Shown: positions 43,220-54,135 of the stretch, piece by piece
Numbering within the stretch: the first letter of the stretch is position 1
Layout: the number at the start of each line of letters is the position of its first letter
IMG/VR virus record: IMGVR_UViG_3300009285_001996
DNA from: a virus
Reading direction: 5' to 3' (one strand)
Length of the DNA: 64,000 nt
Program-made: the position numbers and the translations under genes
Notes under the pieces: generated by a model
Seen by the model: the letters and a program-made list of their open reading frames with translations, nothing else
Told to the model about the DNA's origin: nothing
The model's database searches: none

Positions 43220-44311
43220 ATGTCAGAAATAAAAAGTATTAATTTACGTGCCCCCATCAATGACTTGGGTTATGGTATAGTTGGGCAAAACATATTACTA
43301 GAGCTATGCAAACGCGGTGTAGAAGTCGCCTACTTTCCCATTGGGCAGCCCCGACCATCTTCTAAACTAGAAGCCGATGTAATTTCTCAATCTATCGGTC
43401 GTCAGCCCCTCTATAACTGGGAATCTCCCTGCCTAAATATATGGCACCAGTTTAATATGGCAGAGAGTATAGGTAGGGGTATGAGATGTGGGTATCCAAT
43501 TTTTGAAATCAATAAATTTACTGGGGTAGAACGTCACCAACTGGCTAGTTTAGACGTGGTGTTTGTGACAAGTAAATGGGCGAAAGAAGTGGTAGAGCAG
43601 GAGGTTAGCAATGTAAAAGTGGTGGTTGCACCATTAGGCGTAGATACCTCGATCTTTTATCCACAAAAGATATCTCCGAATAAAAAAACAGTATTTTTGA
43701 ATATAGGAAAATGGTCTATAAATAAAGGACATGACATATTAATAGATATATTTAATGAAGCATTTCCTAATGGCGAAGCTGTCTGTTTATGGATGATGAA
43801 CGATAATCCCTTCTTAACCGAACAAGAAACCGCAGAATGGCAGTCTTTATATAAAAATAAGTTGGGAGATAAGGTTGAGTTTTTACCACGGGTGAGAACA
43901 CAAGCGGAAGTCGCCAATGTGATGAATTCGGTAGATTGCGGCATATTCCCAAGTCGAGCGGAAGGGGCAAATCTCGAAATTATCGAAATGATGGCTTGTG
44001 GAAAGCATGTAATAGCCACCAACTATAGTGGACATACCGAGTTTTGTACATTTGATAACTCCCTGCTAATACAAGTTGATAAGTTGGAAGAGGCTTACGA
44101 TGGAAAATGGTTTTTGGGTTGTGGAATCGCTAATGTGGGCGAATGGGCGTATTTGGGTGATAGTCAGGTTGAACAAGCTGTGTGCCACCTACGCACTATC
44201 CATCAACAGAAATTGGCAGGAAGGTTAGGTATAAATAAAGAGGGAGTGGAAACTGCTAAGAAGTTTTCTTGGTCAAACTGTGTAGATAATATCGTTAATA
44301 ATATTAATTAG
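43220..44311 (+). CDS. GT4 glycosyltransferase
   Basis: PLGVDTSIF, KGHDILI, FPSRAEGANLEIIEMMACG. Confidence 0.88.
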   Translation: MSEIKSINLRAPINDLGYGIVGQNILLELCKRGVEVAYFPIGQPRPSSKLEADVISQSIGRQPLYNWESPCLNIWHQFNMAESIGRGMRCGYPIFEINKFTGVERHQLASLDVVFVTSKWAKEVVEQEVSNVKVVVAPLGVDTSIFYPQKISPNKKTVFLNIGKWSINKGHDILIDIFNEAFPNGEAVCLWMMNDNPFLTEQETAEWQSLYKNKLGDKVEFLPRVRTQAEVANVMNSVDCGIFPSRAEGANLEIIEMMACGKHVIATNYSGHTEFCTFDNSLLIQVDKLEEAYDGKWFLGCGIANVGEWAYLGDSQVEQAVCHLRTIHQQKLAGRLGINKEGVETAKKFSWSNCVDNIVNNIN

Positions 44312-44321
44312 GGAGGTTGTT

Positions 44322-44960
44322 ATGGTCGAACGAAAATTTGGACGATTTTATGTAGAAGATAATCGAGATAAGAAGTTTAGAATTCAAAAGGTGGCACCCA
44401 TACGAACAAGCCGAACATATAGTAGTCGGTGGTTTGGAGATCAAAAAAATACCAGCGAATGCGTTGGGTATAGTTTATCCCACCTTTTAGAATGTTCTCC
44501 ATATAAACAGTGGCTTAATCCTAGCGGTATTTATGATTTCGCTCAACTAATAGACGAGTGGGATGGCGAGTACGATGGTACTAGTGTACGGGCTGGCCTA
44601 AAAGTATTACAAAAGTTAGGTTTTATTAAAGAATACCGTTGGGGTAAGACATTGAATGACGCCGTAAATAGCGTATTAGAGGTTGGTCCAATTATTATTG
44701 GGGTCAACTGGTATGTAGACATGATGGAAACCGATGGTAAAGGGTTTATTCATGTCGGTGGAGAAAATTTGGGCGGACACGCAATTTTAGTGGATGGCGT
44801 ATATGTCAAAACCGAGAAGTTTAGGTTGAAGAACAGTTGGAGCGACGAATGGGGTAAGGAAGGGCGTTGCTATCTGTCATTTAAGGATTTCTCCAGATTG
44901 ATGAAAGAGGAGGGTGAAATTGGATTGGTTATTGAACAAACGGCTAAACCAACATACTAA
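44322..44960 (+). CDS. papain-like (C1) cysteine peptidase
   Basis: DQKNTSECVG, GGHAI, KNSWSDEWG. Confidence 0.85.
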   Translation: MVERKFGRFYVEDNRDKKFRIQKVAPIRTSRTYSSRWFGDQKNTSECVGYSLSHLLECSPYKQWLNPSGIYDFAQLIDEWDGEYDGTSVRAGLKVLQKLGFIKEYRWGKTLNDAVNSVLEVGPIIIGVNWYVDMMETDGKGFIHVGGENLGGHAILVDGVYVKTEKFRLKNSWSDEWGKEGRCYLSFKDFSRLMKEEGEIGLVIEQTAKPTY

Positions 44961-45617
44961 CAAATAAACATAGGGAGCATTTACATGTTAACTAGACGAC
45001 AATTTTTACCAGCACTAGCATCACCGTTCTGTTTTTATCCCGCCCCATCACACCAATCACAATTAAGGGGAAGTGTATTATCTGATATTGATGCACCGTC
45101 TAAGAAAATAAAGTTTCCTGGAATTAATAATATCTATTGTGTAACTACCGATAGTCAATATTCGTACTTAATAAAAAAAGACGGCGAAGAAATGATGATT
45201 GTATCATACGGCGAATATAAAGGTAAAATGCCAGATAGAGAAAGCGATATTTTGAAACTAACGCAATGTTCGCATAGGTGTTATCCGTTAGAAATGTGCG
45301 ACCTATGGTTATTCCACATCATACATAATGACGCTATTAAATGTGGAATTATGAGTTTACCAACTAGTTTTAATGCTACACTAAAAGTACATGATTTTTT
45401 CGTAAACGCAAAGGTTGCTACAGATGCGGATATTAAAAACTTTATCAACTATCAAATGTGTGGTAATATTATTATGAAGGAGGGGCGGCGTGAGCAAAGG
45501 TAGTAATCGTCGTCCAGAAAAAATTTCGGGTTCTTATCGACGTAACTGGACAAAAATCTTTCGTAAACAATGTAAATGCAATGGAAATGGTAACTGTAAA
45601 AGTTGTGGAGCGGGCAA

Positions 45618-46091
45618 ATGCCAAAACCATTAAAGAAACCAAATAGAGGGGCGGATTTACAGTGGTTATTTTGGGATGACTATTATTATTTACTATATAA
45701 ATTAATCAACGAAATTCAGCATGATATTTCGGTTGGTATAATCTCTATTGATAAGGTTGTGGGGATTGCGAATGGTGGCTTGAACATTTCGATTCCGATA
45801 GCCGCTACCCTAAGAGTCCCCCATGAGAGAGTGTTGATTAGCCATAGCAATAATGTTATGGAAAACATAGATTTTATGGATGGTCCAGAACGCATTTTAG
45901 TGGTGGACGACATTGTAGACAGTGGTGCAACTATTACTGATTTTTGCAAAATACTTGCCCCACACCACACTCTTTCAGAGAACATGTGGGTTGCCGCCCT
46001 CTATAAACAAGAAAAATTTGCAGGAGAGTTCCCCCATTATTATGCCGACACTAACAGTAAATGGGTAGTTTTTCCATACGAGTTAGATTAA
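45618..46091 (+). CDS. purine phosphoribosyltransferase-like protein
   Basis: GIANGG, ILVVDDIVDSGAT, WVVFPYE. Confidence 0.85.
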   Translation: MPKPLKKPNRGADLQWLFWDDYYYLLYKLINEIQHDISVGIISIDKVVGIANGGLNISIPIAATLRVPHERVLISHSNNVMENIDFMDGPERILVVDDIVDSGATITDFCKILAPHHTLSENMWVAALYKQEKFAGEFPHYYADTNSKWVVFPYELD

Positions 46092-46106
46092 CAAAAGGAG
46101 TGTGCC

Positions 46107-46451
46107 GTGAAATATTTATTTTTATCTATGTTTTCTCTGCTAATTTTATGTTTGGGTTGTTCTAAGGTATATTCGCAATACCCCACATTTAATTCTCCAT
46201 TTCATAGTTATGATCCATACTACACAGACCAGTCGCCAGACCACGGCTATTTACGTGTAGACCCCCAATTTGGTAGACGATACAGTCGTCCAATTCCGCC
46301 AAGGCATTATTACCAGCCATATCCTCCATATTACTATCAGCCATATTCGCCACCCTATTATTATAGCCCTCCTTATTATCCACCACAACCTCAACCGCCG
46401 TTGCAACCCCAACCACTACCCCCACACTTTTATTTTTATTTGTGGCACTAA
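46107..46451 (+). CDS. secreted Pro/Tyr-rich low-complexity protein
   Basis: signal peptide then YYQPYPPYYYQPYSPPYYY repeats. Confidence 0.5.
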   Translation: MKYLFLSMFSLLILCLGCSKVYSQYPTFNSPFHSYDPYYTDQSPDHGYLRVDPQFGRRYSRPIPPRHYYQPYPPYYYQPYSPPYYYSPPYYPPQPQPPLQPQPLPPHFYFYLWH

Positions 46452-46919
46452 TCATATGACCATTGTAAAATCGTGGCGTGGTCGAGATGGCGTTTTGATA
46501 GTTAGAAGAGATGGTTATGTTATCGAAATTAACGCTGGTACTACTAAATGGACGTATTCAGAATTCTTAGATCAAACTAATAAGAGAGCGGTGAAAAAAT
46601 TACTCACAGCAGTATACGGTAAAGCTATTATAGATGATGTTATCTTATTAGTACAATCATTAGTGGGAGAAAATTGTGGGTAAACAGAATAAGGAAGTAG
46701 AAGAGTTAAAAAGTGTGACATTGCAAAAAAGGAGAAACGAAGCAAGTATCATAGAATGGCTGGGCGGCAAACTGAATAAAACCAATAAAGTAAGTATTAA
46801 TTATTTATATGATGGATTTTACAGGGTTAATATAAGACTGCGTAGTTCTACGATTATTAGTGATAGTTATTTTCTGATGGTTAAAGATGGTGTGGTTACA
46901 CATAGGAAAACCCATAACA

Positions 46920-47861
46920 ATGTTTGAATTAAACGACATAATTACCACAAAAAATTGGCAGTCCTTGTGCGACCATATTTATGACGCTCCCAATTTAGAC
47001 AATGTGCCAGAAGGGGGATCGTGCTGGTGTGCTTGCGACCAAATTCACGAATTTTTCAAGAGGATAGATGGTACTGGACGTTCTTACATATTGGTAAGTT
47101 CACACTCTGACTATGGATTGGCATTACAAGTTGAATATCCCATCATCAATGATGTTATAACGACCGCTCGTAAAATTGTTCGAGGCACTAAACCAGAAGT
47201 TGGCTACCGCCCCATCACCATACAACCTTCCTGCAATCTAACCAGATGCCACCCCTCTCATAAGTACAGCGTTCGATGTTATTCGTACACCAACGCTACT
47301 CTACCTAGAATCCCCGACGAAGTAAAACATTGGTTTTTGGTCAACAATATGGTGAAGGATGAGCCACGAATTACCAATATACCATTTGGTGTACCAGAAG
47401 ATAGAGTAGAAAAGTTCGCCAACCTACCTAAACGAGATAAAAAAGGTTTATTGTATGTGAATTTTGGTGATTATACATTTGAGAGGATAGAGTTGAAAAA
47501 TTTTTATAGAGAGCAGTCTTGGGTAACATTCAAAGAAAATATATCATTTGATGAATATTTAGACGATATTTCCACACATCATTTCACTCTCTGTCCTAAC
47601 GGTAATGGTGTTGATTGTTACAAAACCCTTGAGGTTATTTATGCAGGAGGTATCCCCCTTGTCGAAAGAAGCGTAACCACTGAAGGGTTAAAGTTGCCGT
47701 TTATTATTGCGTATAATATGTTTGGAATATTTATGAAAGATCATTTGAGAGAACTTGTAAAAAGCGATAATGAAATCATCAATACTATTGGTGAGTACAA
47801 TTATTGTAAACTGTCATTTTGGCAGGAAATTATCCGTAAGACGAAGGAGGCTATATGTTAA
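46920..47861 (+). CDS. exostosin-like glycosyltransferase
   Basis: LLYVNF, FTLCPNGNGVDCYKTLEVIYAGGIP. Confidence 0.7.
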   Translation: MFELNDIITTKNWQSLCDHIYDAPNLDNVPEGGSCWCACDQIHEFFKRIDGTGRSYILVSSHSDYGLALQVEYPIINDVITTARKIVRGTKPEVGYRPITIQPSCNLTRCHPSHKYSVRCYSYTNATLPRIPDEVKHWFLVNNMVKDEPRITNIPFGVPEDRVEKFANLPKRDKKGLLYVNFGDYTFERIELKNFYREQSWVTFKENISFDEYLDDISTHHFTLCPNGNGVDCYKTLEVIYAGGIPLVERSVTTEGLKLPFIIAYNMFGIFMKDHLRELVKSDNEIINTIGEYNYCKLSFWQEIIRKTKEAIC

Positions 47862-47941
47862 CTTTTCTAGTGGCTTTTGGGATTTTCGCCGTAGGATGGC
47901 TACTTTTCAAAGTGATACTCTAAAAATTTTGAAATCTCACC

Positions 47942-47969
47942 TTGACAATTTCCACATTTTTCATATAAT
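47942..47969 (+). promoter_or_regulatory. sigma70-type promoter
   Basis: TTGACA-16 bp-TATAAT. Confidence 0.75.
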
Positions 47970-47986
47970 ATGTAGAGAACGCCACC

Positions 47987-48535
47987 GTGGCAGGAAAGCG
48001 ACCCATGATACCGAACACTGCAAAGTTGGACGATCTATCATTATCTGATTACTTATCTATAGCGAAATATTGTATATTACATTATGTTCATGGACCAATG
48101 AAGTATAAAATGGTTGGTGATGATGACGCGGTTGGCGGTGTAGCTACAGAAATAATGTTGGGAATAGGTAAATATAATCCAGAAAGAGGTATGAGCCTGA
48201 ATACCTATGCTAATATGCGGGCTAAAACTGCTATTTATAGGTGGTTAAATAATTATACTAGAAATAGTAGGGTCCGCACTAATTGTAGGTTGGAGAGGCG
48301 TTACGAGCATACTGGATTAAGTGCGATGTTAGAAATAGAGCAGGGAAGGTTGTTAAATGAGGCAGTAAATGATCGGTTGACAGAATATCAGCGGTTGTGC
48401 TTAGAAATGTACTATTTTAAGAATATGTTATTGAAAGATATAGCAGATATTTATGGGGTAAGTAAACAGGCTATTAGTCAGAATATAAGAAGGGCGGAAA
48501 AGAAGTTGGGTGGGGCAGTGACTCTTAAAACATAA
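47987..48535 (+). CDS. sigma70-family RNA polymerase sigma factor
   Basis: KYNPERGMSLNTYA region 2; LKDIADIYGVSKQAISQ region 4 HTH. Confidence 0.8.
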   Translation: MAGKRPMIPNTAKLDDLSLSDYLSIAKYCILHYVHGPMKYKMVGDDDAVGGVATEIMLGIGKYNPERGMSLNTYANMRAKTAIYRWLNNYTRNSRVRTNCRLERRYEHTGLSAMLEIEQGRLLNEAVNDRLTEYQRLCLEMYYFKNMLLKDIADIYGVSKQAISQNIRRAEKKLGGAVTLKT

Positions 48536-48891
48536 GGTGGTAGCGTGTTTTGGAATAAAAAGAAAAAAGTGGCGTTGGAGTTTATACGTTTTTCATTCGA
48601 CGAAGAAAACAACATTATTATAGATTTTAATTTTCCTGCTTTTGACACCGAAGTTACTCGAAATAGGACAGCATTACTACTAGATAGTGCTACATCACAA
48701 ACTGCCGCTCTAAAATTACAAGAATTTCTTTTAGATTGGGCAAACCAGAATAATAAAAGAGAGTATGTAGAAGGGATAATAAATAAATGGATGTTATTAA
48801 AGAACAACTATATGGGAGATTCAAACATTGGTGGTCCATGCGTTAGACCTAGTGAAGTGTTCAACTATCAACAAGCAAAGTAAATAAATAG

Positions 48892-49779
48892 ATGCCCGAA
48901 TTAGTCAATAAGTATTTCCCAGTTTTAGATCATGGTTTTGTTGCCCTAAAAGATTATATGGGTAGCGACCAAGATATTGAAGAGGCGGCTAGGGTCAGCT
49001 ATGGTGGTGGTAATAGGAAGGCTTCAGATACCCGTAATTTATTGCGTTATTTAATGAGAATGAGGCATACAAGCCCGTTCGAGATGGCAGAAATAAAATT
49101 ACATATGGGATTACCCATCTTTGTAGCCCGCCAAGCCATCAGGCATCGTGTTTTCTCAACTAATGAATTTAGCGGTCGTTATTCAGTAATGCCATCTATT
49201 TTTTATGAGCCATCAAGAGATAGATATGTAGAACAAAGTAAAACTAATAAACAGGGTAGCAATTTCGATTCTCTAATTTTTGATAATGATGATGATTGGG
49301 AGGATTTTGAGCAATCTCGTTGTATATCTAGGGAGATATCCGAAATACACTACAACTGGTGTATTAAAAAGGGAATTAGCAGGGAAATAGCCAGAATAGA
49401 TTTACCACTCTCTACTTATACTTATTGGTATTGGAAGGTCGATCTACACAATCTACTCCATTTCCTTGAACTAAGACTAGATGAACACGCCCAATGGGAA
49501 ATTCGTCAATACGCCAAAATAATTGCTGGAATTGTTGGGCAACTTTTCCCATTAACTTGGGAAGCGTTCTGTGATTATAGGTTATATGGGGCAAAATTTA
49601 GCTATCAAGAAATGAAGGGGTTAATAGATGATAAAGACCCAGAAGGCTTATCTCGTCGGGAATATGGCGAATTTAAGAGAAAGATAAGTGAATTACCAAT
49701 ATATAATACTTACCCATTAGATATTTCCTCTGCTAAAGACCATAAGTATTTTGAGGATATGATTGCAAAATCGTTGTAA
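48892..49779 (+). CDS. thyX: FAD-dependent thymidylate synthase
   Basis: AARVSY, HTSPFE, RHRVFSTNEFSGRY, HAQWEIR. Confidence 0.96.
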   Translation: MPELVNKYFPVLDHGFVALKDYMGSDQDIEEAARVSYGGGNRKASDTRNLLRYLMRMRHTSPFEMAEIKLHMGLPIFVARQAIRHRVFSTNEFSGRYSVMPSIFYEPSRDRYVEQSKTNKQGSNFDSLIFDNDDDWEDFEQSRCISREISEIHYNWCIKKGISREIARIDLPLSTYTYWYWKVDLHNLLHFLELRLDEHAQWEIRQYAKIIAGIVGQLFPLTWEAFCDYRLYGAKFSYQEMKGLIDDKDPEGLSRREYGEFKRKISELPIYNTYPLDISSAKDHKYFEDMIAKSL

Positions 49780-49791
49780 TGGAGTGCTGGT

Positions 49792-50409
49792 GTGGAGATT
49801 AAAATTGTAAAAACATTGGATGAATTAGCCAAAATATGGGAATTGACATATAGTGAGTATTTACGAGAGGGTTATTGTTCTCCGCGTCCATGTAATAAAC
49901 TATGTCACTATAAGCATTTAGATATTACAGACAATGGTGAGTTATACCCTCAAACAACCGTGTATTATGTAGAAGAATATGGAGAGGTGGTGGGGACAAA
50001 CAGTATTACATTGGATGGACTAGGGGGACTGCACGTTGATGGCTCATTTCGAGAAGCTGTAGATGAAATCAGATTAGAGGCAAAAGAAGCGAAAAAGGTG
50101 TTGGCGTCATCATGGAGAATTGTAACAAGTTATAAGTTGCGCAATACTATATCTGTATTAACAGAGTTAGTTAATGTTGTATATAACCAAATTGTAAAAA
50201 ATAATATTGATATTACTTTATTTATTTTCCACCCAAAACACGCACAATTTTACGAACGAATGGTGGGATTAAAGACGATTGCTGGACCACTCTCAGAACT
50301 TGCGGTTACTGGTCATCCAGCCGTGTTAATGAGGGGCGACATAGAAGATGTTGATATATGGCGTAATACATACGCTAGACTTAAAAGAAGAGGTAGAAAA
50401 AATGCGTGA
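49792..50409 (+). CDS. GNAT-fold N-acyl amino acid synthase (FeeM-like)
   Basis: L.Y.EYL.EGY, GTNSITLD...GL..D..F, HPKHAQFYERM. Confidence 0.65.
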   Translation: MEIKIVKTLDELAKIWELTYSEYLREGYCSPRPCNKLCHYKHLDITDNGELYPQTTVYYVEEYGEVVGTNSITLDGLGGLHVDGSFREAVDEIRLEAKEAKKVLASSWRIVTSYKLRNTISVLTELVNVVYNQIVKNNIDITLFIFHPKHAQFYERMVGLKTIAGPLSELAVTGHPAVLMRGDIEDVDIWRNTYARLKRRGRKNA

Positions 50410-50884
50410 TACAATAGGACAATTTAAGTATAATGTAACGACAGAGATTTCTAGGTTAAAACTTTGTAAATCAGACCGTGATAGTTTAATTATTAACCAT
50501 ATCCCACTAGTAATAAAATTAGCATCGGTGTATGGTAAACGTAAGCATAACACAGAAGAGTTAATAGGTGTTGGTTGTTTGCGGTTGCTTGAGGTCGTAG
50601 ATAAATACTTTGATAAAAAAAGAGGTAATTTAACAACATTGTTATATAGGGCAATTCCACAGTCGTTTAGACAACACGCTAGAGAAAATGAGTATCTGGT
50701 TAAATTTCCGAGAAGGACATGGAAACAAATGGGTAAAATTAGAGTGTTTTGTAATGAGCATGGGGGAAATTTTCCGTCTAAAACTGAAATGAAAAGTCTT
50801 TTAGGATATCAAAGATTTTCACAGAAAAGGTATGGTGAATTATTTTGTGCGTGGACGTGCTTAAATAAGGAGGCGGTTGAGTGA
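50402..50884 (+). CDS. sigma70 region 2/3-containing protein
   Basis: LIINHIPLVIKLA..Y....EELIGVG...L; LVKFPR. Confidence 0.65.
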   Translation: MRDTIGQFKYNVTTEISRLKLCKSDRDSLIINHIPLVIKLASVYGKRKHNTEELIGVGCLRLLEVVDKYFDKKRGNLTTLLYRAIPQSFRQHARENEYLVKFPRRTWKQMGKIRVFCNEHGGNFPSKTEMKSLLGYQRFSQKRYGELFCAWTCLNKEAVE

Positions 50885-51526
50885 AAAAAAAGATTACCTG
50901 GATGAAGTTCGTGGACCCTTTGGGCAGCAACCTAGATGACGTGGAAATGCCAGGCTTTGAAGATGACGAAGAATCTGAAATTATGTCTGACATGGAAGAT
51001 GAAGGAATGTTTGCCAAACAAAACCTACAGGTCATGCAAACTCCATTTGGTGTGATGACTGTGGGAGATCATTCCGTGGTATCTCGCCAATTCGATTTTT
51101 GGTGGTTATTCAGCAATTTCTCCATAACATCAGAAATCTTAAATATGATCGAGGCAGTTCCAGGCGTGGAGATTATCGACAAATACTGCTTAACTCGCTA
51201 TCGCATGAAAATAGGGTTTCCTATATCTGGGTTGTTCGATTCTGCCAAAGTGAAAGCTAATATTCAAGCTATTATTGATAATATTGACGCAGAAGTGGAC
51301 ACGATAAAAGATGATGAATTAGCTAATTTTTTACCACAAGAGATAATAGAGGAGGTGGGGGTAGTACGAAATCAAATACGAGAATATAATTATTGGTCAA
51401 TAGCAGTATTACCAAACGGACGAATCTCCCATGTCGAAGACAACGATCTTAGTGATAACTTTTTACACAATACATTTATTTATAAATTAGCAACTCAGTT
51501 AGTGGACGGATATTTATTATCAAGTA

Positions 51527-52249
51527 GTGATTATCAATAGTCAATTATCCACCAATTTGAAGTTTCTTATGGGCAATAAAAAAACCGAAATTACCGATAG
51601 GATTACTAACTTACAGTATTATGGAATTGATGTAGATACTAGAGAATTATGGTTACATAGTTATCCAGATTCCACCCTACCAGAGGAGGATGAAGAGCCA
51701 GGAATTTGTTATAGGATAACCGCTACTTTTATTAAAAATTTATTCTTACTTGACCATCTTGGTAATGATTCAATACTTATACACGTAATGTTATGTGGGG
51801 GGTCGTGGAATTTCGGCATAGCAATTTATGATGCCATTAGGGCGGTCAAGAGTAATACGATAGTGGTTGCCCATGCTTATGCGAGATCAATGTCCACGGT
51901 TATACCTCAAGCTGCCAACTTACGCCTAATTATGCCGAATGCCGATGTTCTAATTCATTTTGGTAGCGAACACTATTCGGGAAATTACATGACGGTACAG
52001 GCAGGGGTTGAGTGGGACAAATTACAAACAGAGACAATGCTGGATATCTACCAAGGGCGCTGCTCCAACGGTCGATTTTGGCAGGAAAATAATATAGGTA
52101 ATATAAAAGAGTGGCTAAGACAGAAAATGGTGGAGAAACAGGACTACTATATGACGGCGGAAGAGGCGGTCAGAATGGGGTTCTTCGATGGGGTGGTCGG
52201 AGACAAAGGTATAGAAAATATAGGGAAGATTAGGAGGGTATTATCGTGA
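51527..52249 (+). CDS. ClpP-like protease subunit
   Basis: GG....IAIYDAI, ARSMSTVI, MPNADVLIH, DYYMTAEEAV.MGFFD. Confidence 0.8.
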   Translation: MIINSQLSTNLKFLMGNKKTEITDRITNLQYYGIDVDTRELWLHSYPDSTLPEEDEEPGICYRITATFIKNLFLLDHLGNDSILIHVMLCGGSWNFGIAIYDAIRAVKSNTIVVAHAYARSMSTVIPQAANLRLIMPNADVLIHFGSEHYSGNYMTVQAGVEWDKLQTETMLDIYQGRCSNGRFWQENNIGNIKEWLRQKMVEKQDYYMTAEEAVRMGFFDGVVGDKGIENIGKIRRVLS

Positions 52250-52422
52250 GTGAAATACAACGTGGGGATTAACCAAACGACTAGTTTTCCCCCTACTTCC
52301 TCCTGCTAAAACCCTCTTTGTGGTGTATATTAAGGTGGAATTGGACAGTTGAGGCAGCTTACGTTGCTCCAACACAACATCTGGACAACAGGATTGAATC
52401 TCAAAAGTGGAGATTTCATAAT

Positions 52423-52956
52423 ATGGCTACGACAACTGTAAAGGCTGGGGCGGTAAAGCAAAATTGTGGGGTGGCGGCGCTTGCCAATGTGCCAGCAGAC
52501 TCCCCAATTACCGATGGTCTAAACTTAACGGAAATGACTGGCAATAAAACCGTTGGTGGTGTAAAGGGTCCAGAGACCGATGCTACTATTGCGGCGGGAA
52601 CTGATAGTAAAGGTGTTTATCAACCCCTAACGGGTGATTACGCAAAAACTAGAGCGGAACAATACGTTGTGCAAGGGGCTACTACCAAAATTGCTGGACA
52701 AGCCTATGCGAATGGTGTTTTTACGAATGCCGATAAGGGGTTTGGGCGGTATCCACAACCAATCGAGTCCCGTAGAACTATACATATTAGTGATTGGTCT
52801 TACATTACGGGTGCGGCTACTATTACTGGAGTTACCAACGATAGTTTTGGCTCAGACAATGCGGCTCGACCAACTCGCTCTATTCCTGGCGAGCTAGTAG
52901 TTATGCGTACTGGTAAAACCCCGACTCAAAGCGATTACGCTGAGAAAACGGGCTAA
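52423..52956 (+). CDS. hypothetical Thr/Gly-rich protein (possibly virion-associated)
   Basis: GGAG RBS; composition; follows GGTGTATATTA motif. Confidence 0.4.
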   Translation: MATTTVKAGAVKQNCGVAALANVPADSPITDGLNLTEMTGNKTVGGVKGPETDATIAAGTDSKGVYQPLTGDYAKTRAEQYVVQGATTKIAGQAYANGVFTNADKGFGRYPQPIESRRTIHISDWSYITGAATITGVTNDSFGSDNAARPTRSIPGELVVMRTGKTPTQSDYAEKTG

Positions 52957-53481
52957 CCATTACAATTAACAATGGGGGCTGGTAATAGTGCCACGCCCCC
53001 CTAGCGGAGATAGAGCAATGCAAGAGAACATCGGGCTAGGCGAGTTAATTGGAGTAATGTTGGCTGTTTTAGCAGTATTTGAAATATTAGCTAGAGTTAT
53101 AGTATCACTAATTGACAAATTTATTGGTAAAGGACCAGAATCTCACAAAAAATGCGTGTTTAACGATGCTGAAAGTCAAATAGAAGCAAGGAAGGGCATT
53201 GATGAAATAAGGGTAAAAATTAACGAAGTTCACAGTGTTATTGGGGCGGTTGATGAGGCGGGCACTCGATTAGTATATTTCCCGAGAGCTTTTTTACAAC
53301 AACAATATCAATACCAAGAACGTCAAATAGACGTACAACTTGGTCTACAATCTAAGTTGTTAGATAGAATAGAAGAAATTAACCGTGGACAAGAAAGGTT
53401 GGCTAATCTACTGGATATAATGGGAAAGACGATAGAAAAATTAGTAGACAGGGTAGAAAAACTATTATAGAGAGGTGAAAA

Positions 53482-54018
53482 ATGTTCAGGACAATGCTTG
53501 TAATTTTGATGGCTTTGGTTTTAGTAGGCGTAGCATGGGGAGATGGATTACCCACTACTCCCAGTCAAACAATTATCAATAATGGAATTAAACCATTGGC
53601 GGAACCAACGCCTTTAGCTATACGAAAAGGACTTGTAGATCAACATAACCTTATTTATGAACAACACAAGGTTTTATACAGTCACGAAGACGCGATGAAA
53701 ATGGGGCTCAAAGAAAATAAGTATGTCTTTATTTATTTTCATTCTGAATATTGTTCTCCCTGTAGGAGAATAGAACAAACATTTAATAACCCGCAAGTTA
53801 AACAAGCATTACAAACCTATATTATTTACATAGTAGACGTAGATCGAGAGCCCGGTATACTTGAGATGTATAGACAAGCATTTCAAAATCATCCATTTAA
53901 GATTACAGGAATTCCCTTTTACGCATTAGTAAATCCGTACACCCGAAAATGCGAGAGATGGGGCGTCGGTTTTCGTTCAAGTTCGGAATTTTTGTACTGG
54001 CTCGCGTATAACAGATAA
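53482..54018 (+). CDS. secreted thioredoxin-fold protein
   Basis: signal peptide; YFHSEYCSPC; GIP. Confidence 0.75.
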   Translation: MFRTMLVILMALVLVGVAWGDGLPTTPSQTIINNGIKPLAEPTPLAIRKGLVDQHNLIYEQHKVLYSHEDAMKMGLKENKYVFIYFHSEYCSPCRRIEQTFNNPQVKQALQTYIIYIVDVDREPGILEMYRQAFQNHPFKITGIPFYALVNPYTRKCERWGVGFRSSSEFLYWLAYNR

Positions 54019-54020
54019 TG

Positions 54021-54135
54021 TGCCACTCCCCCATAAATAAAGACTGTGTACCCAGACAACGGTACGAGTAAAGGCGACAGCGGGGGACGCAAGTGACACG
54101 ACCCTTAGTGGCAAATTAAAACTGTCGCCTCTTTT
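54021..54135 (+). ncRNA. candidate pseudoknotted or switchable RNA
   Basis: TGCCACT/AGTGGCA, CCCCC/GGGGG, GTACC/GGTAC and crossing AGGCGACAG/CTGTCGCCT followed by T run. Confidence 0.45.
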
